Made by a program: the position numbers and the translations under genes
NCBI GenBank assembly: GCA_963836755.1
Contig: CAWIKF010000002.1
Coordinates: forward strand, 2,186,991 to 2,250,990
Direction: 5' to 3'
Source of the DNA: an uncultured Verrucomicrobiae bacterium
GTDB lineage: Bacteria; Verrucomicrobiota; Verrucomicrobiia; Chthoniobacterales; Chthoniobacteraceae
DNA length: 64,000 nt
In this document: in pieces, positions 60,238 through 64,000 of the stretch
Numbering within the stretch: position 1 is the first letter of the stretch
How the letters are laid out: every line of letters starts with the position of its first letter
The notes under the pieces: generated by a model
Told to the model about the DNA's origin: nothing
Databases searched by the model: none
Seen by the model: only the letters and a program-made list of their open reading frames with translations

Positions 60238-61308
60238 GTGAAAAACTTTCTCGCGCTTCTTTTTCTCTCCTCGCAACTCACTGCCGTCGCGCAACAACCT
60301 GTTACACAAGCGTCACCGCCGCCGCCGTCACCATCGCCGTCTGCCATCTCATCCCCCGCTCCATCTGCTCAGCCGCGGCCGAGCGCGTCGGCCGATTCAG
60401 GCGCGGAGGCGGGCGCAGCAAAGGCACAGCTCGTCAACGAGCGCGAAGTCGTCACGCAGCTGCAAATTTTTCTCGACCAGCAAAACTTCGGCCCGGGCAT
60501 CATCGACGGGCGCTGGGGCGAGTTCACCGGGAAGGCGCTCGTCCACTACGCGCGCGCACACAACCTGACCGTCACGCAGGACATTTACGCGCAGCTTCCG
60601 CTCGAGAGCGTCTACCCCGTTTACACGGTTTATACAATCACCGATGCCGACGCGAAATGGATCGGGCCCGTCCCAAGCAAGCCGGCCGAGGAAGCGAAAG
60701 TGAAGCGCATGCCCTACTCTTCGCTGCTCGAGTTCATCGAGGAGCGCTACCACGCATCGCCCGATTTTTTGAAAAAAATCAATCCCGGTAAAAACCTCGA
60801 CAACCTCAAGGCCGGCGACGCCGTCCGCGTGCCGAACGTCGCGCCGTTCCGCATCGAGCTCATGACGGAAAAAGGTTCGCTGCCCGCTCATCCGGAGTTT
60901 GCCGCGCGCACCATCGTCGTCAGCGTCGGCGACAAGATGCTCGACCTTTATGACGGCCAGGCGCTCATCGCTTCCTTCCCGATCACCCCCGGCTCGAAGG
61001 CGCTGCCTGCGCCGCCCGGCGTCTGGACCATCATCGGCATCGCGACGCTCCCGTGGTTCCGCTGGGACGAGTCGATGCTCATGCATGGCGTGCGCAGCAA
61101 CGACTTTTACAACATTCCGAGCGGCCCGAACAATCCGGTCGGCGTCCTTTGGACCGGCCTGAGCAAGCGCGGCATCGGCATCCACGGCACGAACAATCCC
61201 GAAACCATCGGTCGCGCATCGAGCCACGGCTGCGTGAGGCTTGCAAACTGGGACGCGGCGCGCTTCGCCTACATGATCACGAAGGGAATGGTCGTCACGA
61301 TCTGGTAA
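60238..61308 (+). CDS. L,D-transpeptidase (YkuD) family protein
   Basis: GPNNPVG, GIHGT, SHGCVRL; signal peptide. Confidence 0.9.
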   Translation: MKNFLALLFLSSQLTAVAQQPVTQASPPPPSPSPSAISSPAPSAQPRPSASADSGAEAGAAKAQLVNEREVVTQLQIFLDQQNFGPGIIDGRWGEFTGKALVHYARAHNLTVTQDIYAQLPLESVYPVYTVYTITDADAKWIGPVPSKPAEEAKVKRMPYSSLLEFIEERYHASPDFLKKINPGKNLDNLKAGDAVRVPNVAPFRIELMTEKGSLPAHPEFAARTIVVSVGDKMLDLYDGQALIASFPITPGSKALPAPPGVWTIIGIATLPWFRWDESMLMHGVRSNDFYNIPSGPNNPVGVLWTGLSKRGIGIHGTNNPETIGRASSHGCVRLANWDAARFAYMITKGMVVTIW

Positions 61309-61344
61309 AAGTTCGCGTTGTTTCGCTTCTGAGCGTTCGGCTCT

Positions 61345-61450
61345 TGGCGTAAAAACTCTCGTTTCCGCTCAAAAAGCTGCTGCTTTCGCGCAAAATCGGT
61401 CTGCGACGACCTGAAACCGGCTTGTTACGACGCGAGACCGGTTTGCGTGA
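61345..61450. repeat. Highly degenerate 21-bp periodic tract
   Basis: aaaaactc/aaaagctg/aaatcggt/aaaccggc/agaccggt at 61351, 61372, 61393, 61414, 61435. Confidence 0.5.
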
Positions 61451-61556
61451 GCTTGCGTTTCCGGATGGCGCGAAAATCATGTTGAAGCAAATCAACCCGA
61501 GTTGCGTCGGAAGAAACGGCTGGCCAAAGTGCCGCCGAGTTTCCATTTATATGCAC

Positions 61557-62306
61557 ATGAAATCGGTGTTCACTTTTTCTCTCCTCATCGCTTCGGCCAC
61601 CATTTGTATGGCGCGCGAGTCCGCCTACCAGGCATTGCGGGCGGTCGGCAAGGAGCGCGGGGAGGAGGTGCTCAATCACGTAATATCGGTCCACGGAAGC
61701 AACGGAGCGCCGCAGCCGGCGATGTGGAAAATCACGCTCGAGGATTCGTCGGCGCGGACCGGTGTGCGCGAGCTGGAGGTGAAGGATGGCAAGATCGTCT
61801 CCGAGCGGACGCCGATGAGTGCGAGCGCGGGGTCGGTGATGAATTTCCAGAAGCTGAATCTCGACTCCGAGGGCGCTTTCAAAATCGCCGTGAAGGAAGC
61901 GAGCAAAGCCCGTGTCGGTTTTGATTCGGTGGATTTCACGTTGCACGGCGGCGAGGAGGGACATCCGCCGGTCTGGGTGATGGAGCTGCAGGATAGCTCG
62001 CACCATTCGCTCGGGATGATGCAGATCGCCGCGGATACAGGCGCGGTGGTGCGAAGCAGCTTGTATGGAAGCAATCGGCCGCATCAGCCGGTGGTCGAGG
62101 ATGTGCCGGATCGGGCGCCCGTGGTGCATGATGTCGATGTGCCGCCGGGCTCGGGCGACGATGAATATGTGGAGGACAGCAACGGCAACCATCTGCGCAT
62201 TGGACACAAGATCAACAAGGCATTGCACGAGGCCGGCGCGTCTCTGGAGCAATTCTTTACCGGCAAGCGGACGCTCGACCAGAAGTATCGCGACGAGGAC
62301 CAGTAG
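61557..62306 (+). CDS. Secreted hypothetical protein (possible PepSY-like folds)
   Basis: Signal peptide MKSVFTFSLLIASATICMA; LNLDSEGAF, IAADTGAVV. Confidence 0.7.
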   Translation: MKSVFTFSLLIASATICMARESAYQALRAVGKERGEEVLNHVISVHGSNGAPQPAMWKITLEDSSARTGVRELEVKDGKIVSERTPMSASAGSVMNFQKLNLDSEGAFKIAVKEASKARVGFDSVDFTLHGGEEGHPPVWVMELQDSSHHSLGMMQIAADTGAVVRSSLYGSNRPHQPVVEDVPDRAPVVHDVDVPPGSGDDEYVEDSNGNHLRIGHKINKALHEAGASLEQFFTGKRTLDQKYRDEDQ

Positions 62307-62351
62307 GCGTTAAATATTGATTAACAAAACGAAAACAGCCATACGATCGGC

Positions 62352-63386
62352 ATGATTAACACAAGTTTCGGTGGCATGCTTTTCCTCGTGGTTGCGGGCT
62401 TCGCGGCACTCTGCGTCCTGATCTTCGTGATCGTGATGTTTAATTTCATTGGCATCTGGGTGCGAGCCCGCGTCGCGAACGCGCCAGTCGGCTTGTTTAA
62501 CATGGTGGCGATGCGGCTGCGGCGCGTGCCAGTCGGCTTGATCGTTGACATGCGCATCACGGCGGTGAAAGCGGGCATCGATATCGGCACCGATCCGCTC
62601 GAGGCGCATTACCTCGCCGGCGGCAGTGTCGATCAGGTGATCCTCGCGCTCATTGCGGCGGACAAAGCCGGCATCGCGCTCGACTTTAACCGCGCCTGCG
62701 CCATCGATCTTGCGACGAAAGGGACGAGCAAAACCGTGCTCGAAGCGGTGCGCACAAGCATCAATCCGAAAGTTATCGATTGCCCAAATGCCGCGATGGG
62801 CCGCACGACGATCGACGGCGTGGCAAAGGATGGCATTGGCGTCAAAGTTAAGGCCCGCGTCACCGTCCGATCGCACCTCGACCGCTTCGTCGGCGGCGCG
62901 ACCGAGGAGACGATCATCGCGCGCGTCGGCGAGGGAATCGTCACTGCCATCGGCTCGGCCGATTCCTATAAAGAAGTGCTCGAAAATCCCGATCGCATTT
63001 CGAAGACCGTGCTCGTGAAGGGACTCGATAGCGGCACGGCTTTCGAGATTGTTTCCATTGACATCGCAGACGTCGACGTCGGCGAAAACATTGGCGCCAA
63101 ACTTCAGGCCGAGCAGGCGGACGCGGACAAGCGTGTTGCACAAGCGAAAGCAGAAGTGCGACGGGCTGCAGCGGTCGCCGTCGAGCAGGAAATGCGTGCC
63201 CGCACACAGGAAATGCGCGCGAAAGTCGTCGAGGCGGAAGCGACCGTGCCGCAGGCGATGGCCGAGGCATTTCGCTCCGGCAACCTCGGCATCATGGATT
63301 ACATGCGGATGAAAAACATGGAGTCCGACACGAAGATGCGCGAGTCCATTGCCGGCCCGGACAAGCCGCGCGAAGACGCGAAGTAA
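62352..63386 (+). CDS. floA: Flotillin-like protein FloA/YqfA (UPF0365)
   Basis: [38 protein letters not shown]. Confidence 0.92.
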   Translation: MINTSFGGMLFLVVAGFAALCVLIFVIVMFNFIGIWVRARVANAPVGLFNMVAMRLRRVPVGLIVDMRITAVKAGIDIGTDPLEAHYLAGGSVDQVILALIAADKAGIALDFNRACAIDLATKGTSKTVLEAVRTSINPKVIDCPNAAMGRTTIDGVAKDGIGVKVKARVTVRSHLDRFVGGATEETIIARVGEGIVTAIGSADSYKEVLENPDRISKTVLVKGLDSGTAFEIVSIDIADVDVGENIGAKLQAEQADADKRVAQAKAEVRRAAAVAVEQEMRARTQEMRAKVVEAEATVPQAMAEAFRSGNLGIMDYMRMKNMESDTKMRESIAGPDKPREDAK

Positions 63387-63406
63387 GGCGCCCGCTGCCG
63401 CCGCAA

Positions 63407-63916
63407 ATGGAACCGATTTTTGCCATCGTCCTCTTTGGTGCGATCGCGCTGATGAAATGGCTTGCCGGCGGCAAAGGCATCTTCGCGGAGCGCGGGGAAA
63501 ATCAAAAATCCGCGCGCCCCGGCACGACCGACGAAGAGGAGCGGATGCGGAAATTCATGGAGGCGCTCGGCATTCCAAAACCGACCGAGCCGCCGCCGAC
63601 GGTGCGGAACCGCGAGGAAGTGCGGCGCAGGATCATCGAGCAACAGCGCACTCCGCAGCCGCGGAAACCGGTGCGTCCCCTGCCCGCGCGAACATTTCCG
63701 CAGCCGGTTGTTTCACAAACGCAATCCGATCCAGTGGTTGTCGTTGCGCCGCCACGGCCAGCGACCTTTGTGGAAAAAATCGCGCCGCTTGCGGCGACTG
63801 ACTCCACTCCGCAGATGGATGTGCGGATGGCGCTGCTGCGCGGCGCATCGTTGCGCGACGCGATTATTTTGCGCGAAGTCCTCGGTCCGCCGCGGAGCTT
63901 GCAATCGTATATTTAG
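63407..63916 (+). CDS. Hypothetical membrane-anchored protein (YqfB-like position)
   Basis: N-terminal TM, P-rich linker, LRDAIILREVLGPPRS; follows floA. Confidence 0.7.
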   Translation: MEPIFAIVLFGAIALMKWLAGGKGIFAERGENQKSARPGTTDEEERMRKFMEALGIPKPTEPPPTVRNREEVRRRIIEQQRTPQPRKPVRPLPARTFPQPVVSQTQSDPVVVVAPPRPATFVEKIAPLAATDSTPQMDVRMALLRGASLRDAIILREVLGPPRSLQSYI

Positions 63917-63942
63917 CGCATAATTTCGTCCCCACGTTTCAC

Positions 63943-64000
63943 GCCGGCGTGGCGGAACTGGCAGACGCGCCAGACTCAAAATCTGGTATTCGCAAGAATG
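63943..64000 (+). tRNA. tRNA-Leu(CAA), truncated by window end
   Basis: GCCGGCG TGGCGGAACTGGCAGACGC, anticodon arm CCAGA-CTCAAAA-TCTGG, long variable arm. Confidence 0.92.

Overview
High-GC bacterial chromosome segment, very probably Verrucomicrobiota (Chthoniobacter/Spartobacteria-like). The basis is a Verru_Chthon-type pseudopilin cassette and three PEP-CTERM-type passenger-repeat surface proteins. The backbone is housekeeping: HPr, kdsD, folD, dnaX, ybaB, system II cytochrome c biogenesis, ridA, pyrE, DEAD helicase, rplM-rpsI, glgA, murU/amgK-like pair, cbpA-like, opp permeases, uvrB, aat, amidase, L,D-transpeptidase, floA and a truncated tRNA-Leu(CAA). Three accessory regions stand out. 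(1) An ~5 kb eroded defence-like island (18.7-23.6 kb) holds a split TIR...DUF4365-like gene, a REP-flanked HUH (IS200/RAYT) transposase, an intact wHTH + HEPN-like gene pair and a toxin-antitoxin pair with an amber-interrupted toxin. (2) A surface-structure island (35.7-49.5 kb) has shared upstream motifs. (3) A phosphate-related cluster carries 11-bp periodic boxes. The most unusual signal is a module seen twice with unrelated repeat sequences: a degenerate tandem array of exact 21-bp period directly upstream of a ~210-aa cytoplasmic helical + Fn3/Ig-like protein. One copy is bracketed by a 32-bp direct repeat. Also notable are an A9 slippery run in dnaX with a nearby -1-frame stop, and a consensus sigma-54 promoter driving a 25-aa membrane peptide. 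All calls come from reading the sequence; no searches were run, so novelty is unverified.
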